From contig OZ244170.1 of NCBI GenBank assembly GCA_965216565.1, positions 704,001-768,000 of the forward strand: a stretch of 64,000 bases of DNA. Direction: 5' to 3'. The notes beneath the pieces were generated by a model. The model ran no database searches, was not told the origin of the DNA, and saw only the letters and a list, made by a program, of their open reading frames with translations. Position numbers and translations under genes: made by a program. Source of the stretch: Bythopirellula sp. Its GTDB lineage: Bacteria; Planctomycetota; Planctomycetia; Pirellulales; Lacipirellulaceae. Below are positions 29,598-39,939 of this stretch, in pieces; positions within the stretch are counted from its first letter, which is position 1, and each line of letters opens with the position of its first letter.

Positions 29598-30845
29598 CTA
29601 CATGTGTTTTACAATGGCCTGACCAAACTCGCTGCACTTTAGCAGTGTGGCTCCGTCCATCAATCGCTCAAAGTCGTAAGTAACGGTCTTCGCAGAAATG
29701 GCCCCGTTGATACCTTTGATAATCAGGTCTGCCGCCTCAGTCCAACCAAGATGCCTCAACATCATTTCTCCTGAGAGTATCACTGAACCGGGATTCACCT
29801 TGTCTTGATCGGCATACTTGGGTGCCGTACCGTGCGTGGCCTCAAAAATCGCGTGCCCCGTGTGGTAGTTGATGTTTCCACCCGGCGCGATCCCAATACC
29901 ACCTACGCAGGCGGCCAATGCATCGCTGATGTAATCGCCATTGAGATTCAGCGTGGCGATGACGTCGTACTCTGCCGGTCGCGTGAGGATTTGTTGCAGC
30001 ATCGCGTCGGCAATCACATCCTTGATAATAATGCCGGCACCCGGTTTGCCCTCGGGTATTTGACACCAGGGGCCACCGTCGAGTTCCGCTGCACCGAATT
30101 TTTCTTTGGCACAGTCATAACCCCAATCGCGGAAGCCACCCTCGGTGAACTTCATGATGTTGCCCTTATGCACAAGCGTCACGCTCTCGCGCTTGTTGTC
30201 GATGGCATACTGAATAGCAGCTTCGACCAGTCTTGAGGTGCCCTCTTGGCTAACTGGCTTGATGCCAATGCCGACCGAGTCGGGGAATCGCACTTTCTTC
30301 CACATCTCGGGAAACGTCTTACTGAATCCCTCTTTGAATTTGTTGCAATCCTCAGAACCTGCTTCAAATTCGATTCCCGCATAGATGTCCTCGGAGTTCT
30401 CTCGGAAGATCACCATATCGGTGAGTTCTGGTTGCCTGACGGGCGAAGGGACTCCCTCGAAGTATTGAACAGGCCTCAGGCAAACATAGAGGTCCAGGAT
30501 CTGACGCAAAGCGACATTCAAAGAGCGGATGCCACCTCCTACGGGAGTAGTCAATGGGCCTTTGATTCCGACCAGATAGGTCCGGAAGGCATCGAGAGTT
30601 TCATCCGGCAACCAACTGCCCACGGAATCGAAAGACTTTTGGCCAGCCAAGACTTCCTGCCAGGCGATGCTCCGCTCTCCTCCGTATGCCTTCTCGACCG
30701 CTGCGTCGAACACCAATTGGCTGGCCTTCCAAATGTCGGGGCCCGTTCCGTCGCCCTCAATGAAGGGGATAATAGGATGGTTCGGTACTTGCAGGCTGTC
30801 TCCAGAAAGCGTGATCGGCTGGCCGGCGGTTGTCTCTGTGGTCAT
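29598..30845 (-). CDS. icd: NADP-dependent isocitrate dehydrogenase
   Basis: [61 protein letters not shown]. Confidence 0.97.
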   Translation of the reverse strand: MTTETTAGQPITLSGDSLQVPNHPIIPFIEGDGTGPDIWKASQLVFDAAVEKAYGGERSIAWQEVLAGQKSFDSVGSWLPDETLDAFRTYLVGIKGPLTTPVGGGIRSLNVALRQILDLYVCLRPVQYFEGVPSPVRQPELTDMVIFRENSEDIYAGIEFEAGSEDCNKFKEGFSKTFPEMWKKVRFPDSVGIGIKPVSQEGTSRLVEAAIQYAIDNKRESVTLVHKGNIMKFTEGGFRDWGYDCAKEKFGAAELDGGPWCQIPEGKPGAGIIIKDVIADAMLQQILTRPAEYDVIATLNLNGDYISDALAACVGGIGIAPGGNINYHTGHAIFEATHGTAPKYADQDKVNPGSVILSGEMMLRHLGWTEAADLIIKGINGAISAKTVTYDFERLMDGATLLKCSEFGQAIVKHM

Positions 30846-31057
30846 CTATTTGCTCCCAAGGTCTCTAGTTCTGAACTGAGTCAGTTAAGTTGTGTGGAAT
30901 AGTGCAACGGAAATTGCCCCCCAATTTTCGACGTTCGCTTGCCCGATGGTCAATGGTCCAGGAGTGGTTGTTACCAGATTCGAGCACATTTATACTCATA
31001 ATCGAAAGCCACAGAGCATTTTGAACCTCAATTCCTACGATCAGCAGGGGCCCAAGC

Positions 31058-32008
31058 ATGTCGATATCCATTTCCCGCCGCGAAGTTCTCAACAATCTGG
31101 CCGCAGCTGGAGCTAGTATCGCTTGCGGCGGGCCACTCGTATCCAAGGTGGTAGCTGAAGTGTCTAAATCCAAATCTGAACTGTTTAAGATCTCTGTCGC
31201 CGAATATTCCCTGCACCGCATGATCGCCGCCGGAGAATTGGATCCTCTCGATTACGGGCCATTCTGCAAGGAAAAGTTTGGCGTTGACGCGGTGGAGTAT
31301 TGGATGGGGCCCTTCAAGGACAAGGCCGAAGACCGCGAGTATATGGACCTGATGCACCAGAAGAGCGTCGACGCGGGAGTCGAGGAGCTGCTAATCATGG
31401 TCGATATCCCCGACAATAAAGGAAATCTAGGGAATCCAGACGAAAAGCAGCGCCGCGAAGCGGTCGAGGTCCATTTTCCCTGGGTCGAAGCGGCCAAGCG
31501 AATGGGTTGCCATTCGATTCGGGTCAATGCACGGTCGGAAGGTTCTCGGGAAGAACAAGCGAAGCTGGCTGCGGACGGTTTAAGGTCGCTCAGCGAATTC
31601 GCCGCCGATCGGGATATCAACATCATTGTGGAAAACCACGGCGGGTTGTCCTCGGACGGATCATGGCTGGCGGGCGTGATGAAGCGGGTCGATTTGCCAA
31701 ATTGCGGGACTTTGCCCGATTTCGGTAATTTCCGAGTCGAAGGCGACAACTGGTACGACCGCTACCAGGGCGTCAAGGAGCTGATGCCCTATGCCAAGGC
31801 CGTGAGCGCCAAGAGCCACAAATTCGATAAGGAAGGCAACGAGGTGGATACGGACTACCAAAAGATGATGAAAATCGTCCTCGATGCTGGCTATCACGGC
31901 TACGTAGGCATCGAATGGGAAGGCCCCGAGCCGAAGTCGGAAATCGAGGGCGTGCTCTTGACCAAGCAACTCTTGGAACGGGTCCGCGACCAGCTGGCAA
32001 ACAGCTAG
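31058..32008 (+). CDS. Tat-exported sugar-phosphate isomerase/epimerase (xylose isomerase-like TIM barrel)
   Basis: SRREVL Tat motif; ENHGG, LPDFGNF, SAKSH, GIEWEG. Confidence 0.88.
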   Translation: MSISISRREVLNNLAAAGASIACGGPLVSKVVAEVSKSKSELFKISVAEYSLHRMIAAGELDPLDYGPFCKEKFGVDAVEYWMGPFKDKAEDREYMDLMHQKSVDAGVEELLIMVDIPDNKGNLGNPDEKQRREAVEVHFPWVEAAKRMGCHSIRVNARSEGSREEQAKLAADGLRSLSEFAADRDINIIVENHGGLSSDGSWLAGVMKRVDLPNCGTLPDFGNFRVEGDNWYDRYQGVKELMPYAKAVSAKSHKFDKEGNEVDTDYQKMMKIVLDAGYHGYVGIEWEGPEPKSEIEGVLLTKQLLERVRDQLANS

Positions 32009-32041
32009 CCCAAATTCACTTTTAATTCTCTCCGAGCAAAC

Positions 32042-32079
32042 GGCCCGGACTGTCCATCCGACAGTCACGGGCCTTTTTT
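32042..32079 (+). terminator. Intrinsic terminator
   Basis: GGCCCGGACTGTC-loop-GACAGTCACGGGCC followed by T6. Confidence 0.7.
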
Positions 32080-32385
32080 ACGGCTCGTTTTTCTCTAAGA
32101 GCCTGTATATGAAGTCTTTGCCGTAGTTTTCAAACCGCTCAGCTGGAAGTGGACACTATCGATTATGGGAGTCATGCGACTGCCTAAAAAGTGTGCAGGC
32201 GGCCGAGAGGTGGGCTAGGCAGCGTTTGCCCGATTATAGGCACGCCCCGGCAATCGACGTAAGTGCAAGCAATGCAAGGACCTATGTGATGCACTTGCCC
32301 GCTAGCGAAAACTTCCCCAAACACGGAGGCCATTGCGGTCTATCGGACACGACCACTCAAGCTGAATTGGAAGGAGACATCAGCC

Positions 32386-33021
32386 GTGCTGACTCAATCA
32401 ACGGAGACCTACAGGGAAGTATTACAAGTCGCCGAGAACCTCTATCGTCAGACACCCGACTGGGTGACGTTTTTCCGGGAAGTCCTGGGAATCGACGGGG
32501 CTGTTCGCAAGCGATTCCCCACTTTCGAAGAGTTGTCTGCTTTTGAGAAAAGCGACGAATTCGACCAAATCCAGAAAATGCTAGTTAAGCTTCGCGAGAA
32601 GCGGACCACGGGTGATAGCGATGCGGAGCCAACCCGGGTCATCACCGTGCGACTCCCCAAGAGCATGCACGAGTACCTTCGGACCGAAGCCCACGACATG
32701 CGTACTAGCATGAACAAGCTCTGCATCTCGAAGTTGCTGCAAGTGATCGGCGAGGAGATGATCCCCAACGAGCGAACAGGCGGTTCGAGTGGCGGTGGAT
32801 CGAATGCCGGTGGTGGCAATACCGGCCAGGCGCCAGCCAGCGGGCTCCCTCAGCAATCGACACCTCAGCCACAGCAGAACAGTGGCATTGGGCTGCATCA
32901 GCCGCCACGTCAGCAACCACCACTGCAGCAACCTCCGTTGCCGCAGACCCCGCTGACGCAATCGCCCCCGGCAGGCACCCCCTCGCCATTCAAGCCGACC
33001 AATAATCAACCACGATTCTGA
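32386..33021 (+). CDS. Hypothetical protein with RHH/HicB-like DNA-binding segment and G/P/Q-rich tail
   Basis: RVITVRLPKSMHEYLRTEAHDMRTSMNKLCISKL ribbon-helix-helix pattern; GGAG RBS before GTG. Confidence 0.75.
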   Translation: MLTQSTETYREVLQVAENLYRQTPDWVTFFREVLGIDGAVRKRFPTFEELSAFEKSDEFDQIQKMLVKLREKRTTGDSDAEPTRVITVRLPKSMHEYLRTEAHDMRTSMNKLCISKLLQVIGEEMIPNERTGGSSGGGSNAGGGNTGQAPASGLPQQSTPQPQQNSGIGLHQPPRQQPPLQQPPLPQTPLTQSPPAGTPSPFKPTNNQPRF

Positions 33022-33062
33022 TCTTCCTTGAGAGTTCAGCATGGTCAGCACGGACGCGAACA

Positions 33063-33093
33063 GCCGCCCCTGGTTTCAGGGGCGGTTTTTTTT
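33063..33093 (+). terminator. Intrinsic terminator
   Basis: GCCGCCCCTG-GTTT-CAGGGGCGG followed by T8. Confidence 0.85.
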
Positions 33094-33346
33094 GTACCAG
33101 TCTGAAGTAGGCGTCGACAGAGGGCCGCAAAGAGAAGTTCCTCAATAACCGTCAGACTACGTCTCACCGGGGCCCGAGAGAAAGTGATCCAAGGGAATAG
33201 GATAGGTGCGGCACCTACCCAACATGACTGACGCAGAGGAACAATCCGAGAGCGTCGAGAAAACAATCTCCCTTTGGTAAGATGAAACCTCGACTACTTC
33301 GCCCGAAGAGAGCCCGAAGAGAAACGACGAGAAGGAGAGCAATTCC

Positions 33347-34279
33347 ATGAGACAGTTCAAAAATATTCTGGTGGGAGTCGACTTGTCTTGGGGAGATCGG
33401 TATGTTTCCGAAAAACTTTCCGAACCCAATGCCGAAGCAGTTCGCCAGGCACTGTGGCTAGCCAAGCTGAATTCCGCTTCCGTCCACTTTCTCTTCTCTC
33501 TAGATCTGTCGGTAAAGGTTCAACAACTAATCGCAGAAAGCAATACCGACGAACCCACGGTTCTGAGCGAAGCGGCACAACAGCTCGAGGTACTAAAGAG
33601 TGAAGCACGACAGCAGGGAATCGAAGCCCAGAGCCATGTTGTAGTGGGCGAGAGTTCGATCAATATCATTCGTCAGGTTCTTCGCCAGAAACACGACTTA
33701 GTGATCGTAGGCACCCGGCACCTGGGAGCGATCCAGGGCTTGCTGCTCGGTAGTACGGGGATGACCTTGTTACGAAAGTGCCCTTGCGCGGTGTGGGTCA
33801 CGCAATCACCGTTTGGAAAACTATTCGATCATATCCTTGTTGCTCACGACCTACGACCAGTCGGCGATCTGGCAATGGAACTCGGCTGCGCCATGGCCGA
33901 GCTGCAAGAGGCTAAACTTCATGTGGTTCATGCTGCCGAATATCCCGATGACCCTAACGCGCCTGCGAGTGACGAGGCAGAAGTCAAGAAATTGTATCGC
34001 GACAAGGCACGAGCGCAGATTGATGCTCAACTCGCTACAGCCAACTTGTCTCAAGCTGCCCAAGTGAATCTCTCGGAGGAAGCTCCTGACGTTGCCATCT
34101 TGAATAGCATCGAGCAGCACGCTGTGGACCTGGTGGTGATGGGCACCGTAGGACGCACAGGAATCCCGGGGCTCATTACAGGCAACACGGCCGAACGCCT
34201 GCTGCCGCAAGTCGACTGCTCCCTGTTAGCCGTGAAGCCAGAGGATTTCGAGTCACCCGTGCAGCTTGATGAAGATTAA
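33347..34279 (+). CDS. Universal stress protein, tandem Usp domains (UspE-like)
   Basis: NILVGVD, DLVIVG...LLGST...[23 protein letters not shown]...GNTAERLL...CSLLAVKP. Confidence 0.93.
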   Translation: MRQFKNILVGVDLSWGDRYVSEKLSEPNAEAVRQALWLAKLNSASVHFLFSLDLSVKVQQLIAESNTDEPTVLSEAAQQLEVLKSEARQQGIEAQSHVVVGESSINIIRQVLRQKHDLVIVGTRHLGAIQGLLLGSTGMTLLRKCPCAVWVTQSPFGKLFDHILVAHDLRPVGDLAMELGCAMAELQEAKLHVVHAAEYPDDPNAPASDEAEVKKLYRDKARAQIDAQLATANLSQAAQVNLSEEAPDVAILNSIEQHAVDLVVMGTVGRTGIPGLITGNTAERLLPQVDCSLLAVKPEDFESPVQLDED

Positions 34280-34384
34280 AAAGACCTGCAACGAATCGCC
34301 ATCGAAGCGGGTACTCGCTTTATAGATAGCAGCCAATAGCCGCGAATCGCCGATTCGCCGGTTAAGTTGGGTAGAGAAAGAAAT

Positions 34385-34519
34385 TAGAAGCAGTTACAAA
34401 AATAGAAATCACGACTTTTGAGCCGACGGCGCTAGCCGCGGGCAGCAGGAGCGTTGATGTTAATTCGAGTTCAGCCCGCGGCTAGCGCCGTCGGCTCACT
34501 ATTTCTGAAACTGCTTCTA
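34385..34519. mobile_element. MITE/REPIN-like element with terminal inverted repeats and an internal 25-bp inverted repeat
   Basis: Outer TAGAAGCAGTTACAAAAATAG / CTATTTCTGAAACTGCTTCTA (19/21). Inner TGAGCCGACGGCGCTAGCCGCGGGC at 34419-34443 is perfectly inverted at 34474-34498. Confidence 0.75.
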
Positions 34520-34571
34520 GAAATATCCTCGACAGATCCATAGCTCGATCTAACTTGACCATTATATCAAA

Positions 34572-35102
34572 CTATTCCTCGGTACTACCATCTGCAGAAA
34601 ACTCAAGGACATTCTCCGGCTCTCTATCACGGCCAAGTCTTAGCTTCGACAAATTTGAGAACGTATTCTGTTGCCCCATGTAAAAACTGTATTCCGAAAA
34701 AATCATATCGTTTATTAAGCCACTACCTTGAAAATTGCCTACTTCTTTGCTGATGCGGTCGTTGATCTGCGTTCTTAGAGAGGCCAAGTGAGGATCGCAA
34801 TTCTCTTCGTACGGAATTTCCTAGATTGTTGAGATAATGTGATGTCGGATTGCCTGCTGTCTGGCCCGTGTTCTTTCTTTAAGAATGTCGTAGTAGTTAG
34901 TTGAAGCATACAATTTGAATTTACAATGATGCGTAATGTCACCTTCTCTCGTTGGGATGTGATAGCTACCAAGGTGAAGCTCACGAGGTAAAGAATGATA
35001 GTAGAGATATCGGTTAAAAAAGAACGCTACTATTCCTGCAATTGTCATCAGGACCAAAAGCGACTTTAAGCTGTAACGGAGGCGCGAGCTTGATTTGATC
35101 AT
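34572..35102 (-). pseudogene. FliL-like gene split by an in-frame TAG
   Basis: ORFs 34821..35156 and 34572..34787 share a frame. Joined they read TM...AIRHHIISTI*EIPYEENCDPHLASLRTQINDRISKEV...INDMIFSEYSFY, which resembles the FliL C-terminal pattern. Confidence 0.6.
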
Positions 35103-35592
35103 TGAAAAGTCTCTCGGAGAATTGAATCGTCTAGTAATCCGACAAGATTCAGTCAAGAGAGCAATATTGACTAAGGTATTCTGGGTGTTCTCCCCGAATC
35201 CCGCACGCCCGCGACGTCAACTCCCAATTCTTAAGCCACTTCGAACTAAGCCGGCACACAACTTGTAGTGGAACAGCAAAAAGCTTTCACACAAAATTGC
35301 GTCGGCCGAACCTCTTCCCGCTTGTGCGTCTGCCCCCCTCGCACCACAAGATATGCCTCCCCACTTTCGGAGGCATTTGCAAGATACACGGGAAATTCGA
35401 TCCCCAGTCAAAAAACAAACGAAGAAGCCGCCGCTCGGAGCTGGTCTAGCTTTCAACTTGCTTCTATCTATCACAAGGCCTGACCAAATCTGAGACTCTG
35501 TCTTTGGTCATTACCTACACAGCCCGGCGACGCGTAGCGTTGCGATCATCCCCTCGATCCCCAATCCTCGCTCCTCACCCCTCAAAAAAAAA

Positions 35593-36054
35593 CCCCAGAG
35601 AGGACCGATAAGCCGGGTCTTGTTGCAACGCTCGCGCGTCGCCGGCGATCATTCATCTAGGACACCGATTGCTCGGCATCTCAAGCGTCCTACCCGAGAG
35701 TCGTAACGAGCCGGACCGGCTCTGCTCTCTGCTTGGACTTGCACCGGGTGGGGTTTACCGAGCCAACCGAGTCACCTCGATTGCTGGTGCGCTCTTACCG
35801 CACCTTTTCACCCTTACCTGTGAAGCTGTCAGCTTTCGGCGTTCAGCTTTCAGCTTCATGTCGGGGAAGTTCCCGGTGACTGAGAGCTGACCGCTGAACG
35901 CTGAGAGCTGACAGCTCCCATCGGCGGTTTGTTTTCTGCGGCACTATCCCTGACCTTGCGGTCGGTGGACGTTATCCACCACCCTGTCCTGCGGTGCCCG
36001 GACTTTCCTCCCGTTCGCCGAGGCGAACCGGCGATCACCTGGTCCTCTCTGGGG
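35593..36054 (-). ncRNA. rnpB: RNase P RNA (type A)
   Basis: GAGGAAAGTCCGGGC, AGGGTGAAAAGGTGCGGTAAGAGCGCACC, GGTAAACCCC, ACAAGACCCGGCTTA; 14-bp P1 helix between 35593-35606 and 36041-36054. Confidence 0.97.
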
Positions 36055-36201
36055 ACTCTATTAATGGTACGTTTCGCGAGGTGTTTCCGCAAATTGGATT
36101 CTAATCGGTAGGACGCGGTTACTTCTCCGTTTGCTCGCGCTTGCCTAGAATTTCTGCAGGCTGTCACTCATCTCCCCTCTTCTCAAAATGGAACAGCAGC
36201 C

Positions 36202-37488
36202 ATGGAAATGACTTCTCCTGCGCAAGAACCGCGTATGCCAATTCAATTTGGCTTGAAGACCCTTCTGGCAATCACCGCGGTAAGTTGTCTCATTCTTGTG
36301 CCCTACCAATGGTTCGGGGTGCTTTACCTCATCTCGGCGGGCGTATCTACCCTACTGATCTATGTATGTGTGAGAAGCTACTGGCAGAAAAAGTCTGCCC
36401 AAACCATCTGTACCGCGATCGTCGGGACTCTGCTGGGCGTGATGTGTGGCATTGGGTCGATCACTTTCTTCTTCCACGGTGTGGCAAATTTCTTTGCGGT
36501 GCTATTAGGAATCGGAGTCGGAGTCCGCCCGCGGACTATGGCGGTGATGCTACTCACAACTGTGCTTGGTGTTTACGGATTTGCCTTCCTCAGTGCTTAC
36601 AACGAATATCTGAATATTGAGCAAATGCGGCGGGACTATCCGATTGTGTCGCTTGCCGATCGATTAGAATTCGACCCGCCGGATAGAGTGTTGCATGATG
36701 CTGAGGCCACCAAGGAATTGTTCTATTCTCTGCCGGTAATGCAGACACTAAAGGATCGCGAACAAGTGGCTTCCAGGTACGGCTATCGTGACTCGATGTT
36801 GGAGAGGCTCCATCACGATGTCTCGTTGCAATTCACCGTGGCTGCGGGGTTCGGCTTTGCTCGCATGGCCTTTGTGAGACCCGGATACATTGATATCGAG
36901 ACGCCGCCCGCCATTTCGCTATCTCAACCCATGGAATTAACTAACCAACATATCGACTCAGGAACGAGAGCAGTCGGCGACAAATTGCACAATATAGTTG
37001 TCAATGACTTTCTCGATTCAGAGATGATGGGCTATGTGTCGTCGCACCGAATGGCAGCCGGCTTCGAGCCGCACGGATTCCGTTCCTTGGAAAGCGACAT
37101 TGAGCCATGCGGCACAGCCACGAGGGAGTGGCGTTTGGTACGACTGGAACTCGTCAGTCTCTTGCGGCACGACTCACCGCGGGTTTACGTCTCCGATACT
37201 CTGCCCACGATGGACGAGCTGGAAGAGATTCCGCACCGCGATCTGGGCGACTTCGAGGTGACTGCTCTCGCTCAGCTACGCTTTCAAAAAGATCTAGTTG
37301 CGGAGGAGCAAGAGGATCGGATTGTGATGTTGGGAGCCCTGCGTGCAAACTCCGACTGCCTGCAGTGCCACTCGGGCGAGCGGGGACGACTCCTTGGTGC
37401 TTTCTCCTACGAACTGATCAAGTTGAACGAGAATTCCAAGGAGAAGGCAGCGACAAAGGACTCTTCGTCCTTATCGGTGGCGCTATAG
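36202..37488 (+). CDS. Membrane protein with C-terminal CxxCH heme-binding segment (DUF3365/Tll0287-like)
   Basis: N-terminal QFGLKTLL motif, ~5 TM segments, LRANSDCLQCH...LLGAFSYEL. Confidence 0.7.
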   Translation: MEMTSPAQEPRMPIQFGLKTLLAITAVSCLILVPYQWFGVLYLISAGVSTLLIYVCVRSYWQKKSAQTICTAIVGTLLGVMCGIGSITFFFHGVANFFAVLLGIGVGVRPRTMAVMLLTTVLGVYGFAFLSAYNEYLNIEQMRRDYPIVSLADRLEFDPPDRVLHDAEATKELFYSLPVMQTLKDREQVASRYGYRDSMLERLHHDVSLQFTVAAGFGFARMAFVRPGYIDIETPPAISLSQPMELTNQHIDSGTRAVGDKLHNIVVNDFLDSEMMGYVSSHRMAAGFEPHGFRSLESDIEPCGTATREWRLVRLELVSLLRHDSPRVYVSDTLPTMDELEEIPHRDLGDFEVTALAQLRFQKDLVAEEQEDRIVMLGALRANSDCLQCHSGERGRLLGAFSYELIKLNENSKEKAATKDSSSLSVAL

Positions 37489-37489
37489 A

Positions 37490-38971
37490 TTACTCCGCCC
37501 GATATTGCACCAGCACATTCCATACTTTGTGTCGGAGATCAAAGACCGGTTTGGCGCGACCAAGATAGCCATTCGCTAAGAGCGAAAAGGCAAGCTGTCG
37601 ATCATCGAGCGTTTCTATATAGCCAGAAATGGTCGACACGCCACTCATCCCCCCTGGCTTCGCGTGGACGCGGATTGCATCGAATTCTTCTGCGGGTTGA
37701 TCAGGCCAATGGATCTTCTTGAGTTTCAATTCATATTCAGGCAGGGCTTTGAAGAACGTCTCGTAATGTTCGTGCTCACGCATATGAGCGAGCAACTTCA
37801 CCGAGGAGTCGGCTGAAATGAGGCTATAGCGAGACAGTCCCGAGCCATCGACCAGTCGGAAGGAACCAGGTTCGAGCCCGGCGTGCTTTGTCAACCAACT
37901 GGTGATTGCCTTCGCGCCGTCCGACCACTTCGGTTGGTCCGTACCGTGGGCGATGGCGATCTCGTGTAGCAGCACTTCACCGATGGCGTTTTCACTCTTA
38001 TGGTTAAAATGACGGAGGGTCTTGGAGAGTGATTGGCCTTGAAAAGTGATCTCGTCAATAACTTTCTTCCCTTTTGTCCCTCTTCCTACCAGTTCTCCTC
38101 TCTTGTTTCTCCTCGCAAACAAATCATCAGTAACTTCCACGGATCGCTGTTCAAGTAAATCTTGAAAGACACTGGCGATCCAGCGTCCAGGATCATGAGG
38201 GGTGAGCCTGGGCGTCTCATCTTTCTCCAGTGAATCGAGGTATTCCTTCACATCCCCACTCTTAGCGAGCAGAATTGGATCAGTTCCCGGTTCCCGCCAA
38301 AAAAGTCTGTCTCCGGGGAGAGATCCTGGATTAACAGACTCAATGTACGGGTACGCAGCGGCTAGGGTTTTGCGTGCCGAAAGTTGACCCTCGAGCTCCT
38401 GCGACAGTTTTAACTCGAGGACATTGAAGTCCAGCATCAAAGGCGTCACTGGCATGTTGTAGTAGTCTGGGTCATCGTCCCACATCCAACCTGGACCTTT
38501 TTGAGGTGGGGCATAGCGAGAATTATCGACGCGCACTCCGTGAGTGATCTGCTTGAGTTGCCACTTCTCTACCGCTTGATCCGCCAGAGTGTTAAGGTCC
38601 TCGGCCGAGAACATGGCATCACCGCCACCCACCAACACGAGCTCGCCCTTGAGCACACCTTGGTCGAGAGTTCCGACGGCCTGCAACGTCGTGGTAAATC
38701 GATGATTGGGACCGAATGTATCGAGCGCGCAGGCCGAGGTGTAGATCTTAAGATTCGAAGCAGGCGTCATTAACCGATCCCCACCGCGATCATAGAGAAC
38801 ATCTCCCGACTTGAAATCGACAACCTTGAGAGCGACCGTTGTCCTTCGCGCCGTCGAGTGCTGGTCGATGGTAGCATCGAGCGTGGCTTGAAGAGCATCA
38901 CGGTCTAGCGGTTCCGCACAGAGAGAGCAAGCTAACGCGCAGTAAATCAAAGTGACGGAAAGATATCTCAT
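37490..38971 (-). CDS. dacB: D-alanyl-D-alanine carboxypeptidase/endopeptidase (peptidase S13)
   Basis: PASNLK (SxxK), GGGD, KSEN (SxN), DGSGLSR, AKPG; start at 38971 overlaps the upstream stop (ATGA). Confidence 0.9.
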   Translation of the reverse strand: MRYLSVTLIYCALACSLCAEPLDRDALQATLDATIDQHSTARRTTVALKVVDFKSGDVLYDRGGDRLMTPASNLKIYTSACALDTFGPNHRFTTTLQAVGTLDQGVLKGELVLVGGGDAMFSAEDLNTLADQAVEKWQLKQITHGVRVDNSRYAPPQKGPGWMWDDDPDYYNMPVTPLMLDFNVLELKLSQELEGQLSARKTLAAAYPYIESVNPGSLPGDRLFWREPGTDPILLAKSGDVKEYLDSLEKDETPRLTPHDPGRWIASVFQDLLEQRSVEVTDDLFARRNKRGELVGRGTKGKKVIDEITFQGQSLSKTLRHFNHKSENAIGEVLLHEIAIAHGTDQPKWSDGAKAITSWLTKHAGLEPGSFRLVDGSGLSRYSLISADSSVKLLAHMREHEHYETFFKALPEYELKLKKIHWPDQPAEEFDAIRVHAKPGGMSGVSTISGYIETLDDRQLAFSLLANGYLGRAKPVFDLRHKVWNVLVQYRAE

Positions 38972-39939
38972 ACTTGGAACTCTTTCCCTTGCCAAGTGTC
39001 TCGGCGCTCAAACTCCGCCTCAATCGCAGCCTTGACGGCTGGTTTGTCGAGGCACCATTCAGGACCCACGAAATAGTCGGGTGGGGCATCTCCGCTGATT
39101 CGCTCTACCACCATCGAGGGCGGCAGGAGTTCTAGAAAATCGACAACTGCGGCGACGTAATCGTCACGTTCCATCAATTTGACTTCGCCGGCTGCCACTT
39201 GTTCTGCGAGTGCCGTGTTCTTTACGCAGTAGAGATTGTGGATCTTAACCGCGTCGATGTTCACTCGCGCCAACTCCCGGGCTGTGGCCATCATGTCGGC
39301 GTGGGATTCACCAGGCAAACCTAGGATCGCGTGGGCACAGATCTCAAAGCCCCGTCCGCGACTTCGCTCGACCGCATCAAGAAACGAATCGTGATGGTGG
39401 CCTCGATTCATCCAGTCCAGCGAACGATCGTGGATCGTTTGCATGCCGTATTCGACGGAAAGATAAGTGTTCTGGGCGAGTTCTTCCAACAGGTCGAGTA
39501 CCTCGTCGGGGACGCAGTCACTTCGCGTGCCAATCGCCAAACCAACGACTTGCGGGTGCGCCAGTGCCTGCTCGTAAAGGGGGCGAAGCTTCTCAACAGG
39601 TGCGTAGGTATTGGTGGCAGGTTGGAAGTACGCTAGGAATTTTCGACAATTCTTGTAACGCTTTCGCATTCGCGCGATGCTTTGATCGATCTGTCCAAAG
39701 ATGTCGGCCCGTGGCAGGCGACGACTCGGACTAAAGCTACGGTTGTCGCAAAACGTACATCCTCCTTTGGCGACTGTGCCGTCGACGTTTGGGCAAGTGA
39801 ACCCGGCATCGAGACTTACCTTCTGGACACGGCAGCCAAAACGTTCGCGGAGTACCAGGCTGTAGGCCTGATATCTATGGCCCATTTCGCGCCATTTGTG
39901 CCTTTTACTGCAGGAATTAGGTGTGTTGGTTGACGACAC
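38968..39939 (-). CDS. TIGR01212/YhcC-family radical SAM protein
   Basis: DAGFTCPNVDG..GGCTFC, YFQPATNTY, IGTRSDC, ILGLPGE, VKIHNL. Confidence 0.92.
   Translation of the reverse strand: MSSTNTPNSCSKRHKWREMGHRYQAYSLVLRERFGCRVQKVSLDAGFTCPNVDGTVAKGGCTFCDNRSFSPSRRLPRADIFGQIDQSIARMRKRYKNCRKFLAYFQPATNTYAPVEKLRPLYEQALAHPQVVGLAIGTRSDCVPDEVLDLLEELAQNTYLSVEYGMQTIHDRSLDWMNRGHHHDSFLDAVERSRGRGFEICAHAILGLPGESHADMMATARELARVNIDAVKIHNLYCVKNTALAEQVAAGEVKLMERDDYVAAVVDFLELLPPSMVVERISGDAPPDYFVGPEWCLDKPAVKAAIEAEFERRDTWQGKEFQV

Noticed and set aside
34821..34823. Pyrrolysine or programmed readthrough of the TAG
   Set aside because: No pyl genes or recoding signal seen, and TAG is used as a normal stop elsewhere in the window.
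35669..36167. Short ORFs over rnpB
   Set aside because: Explained by the RNase P RNA gene.
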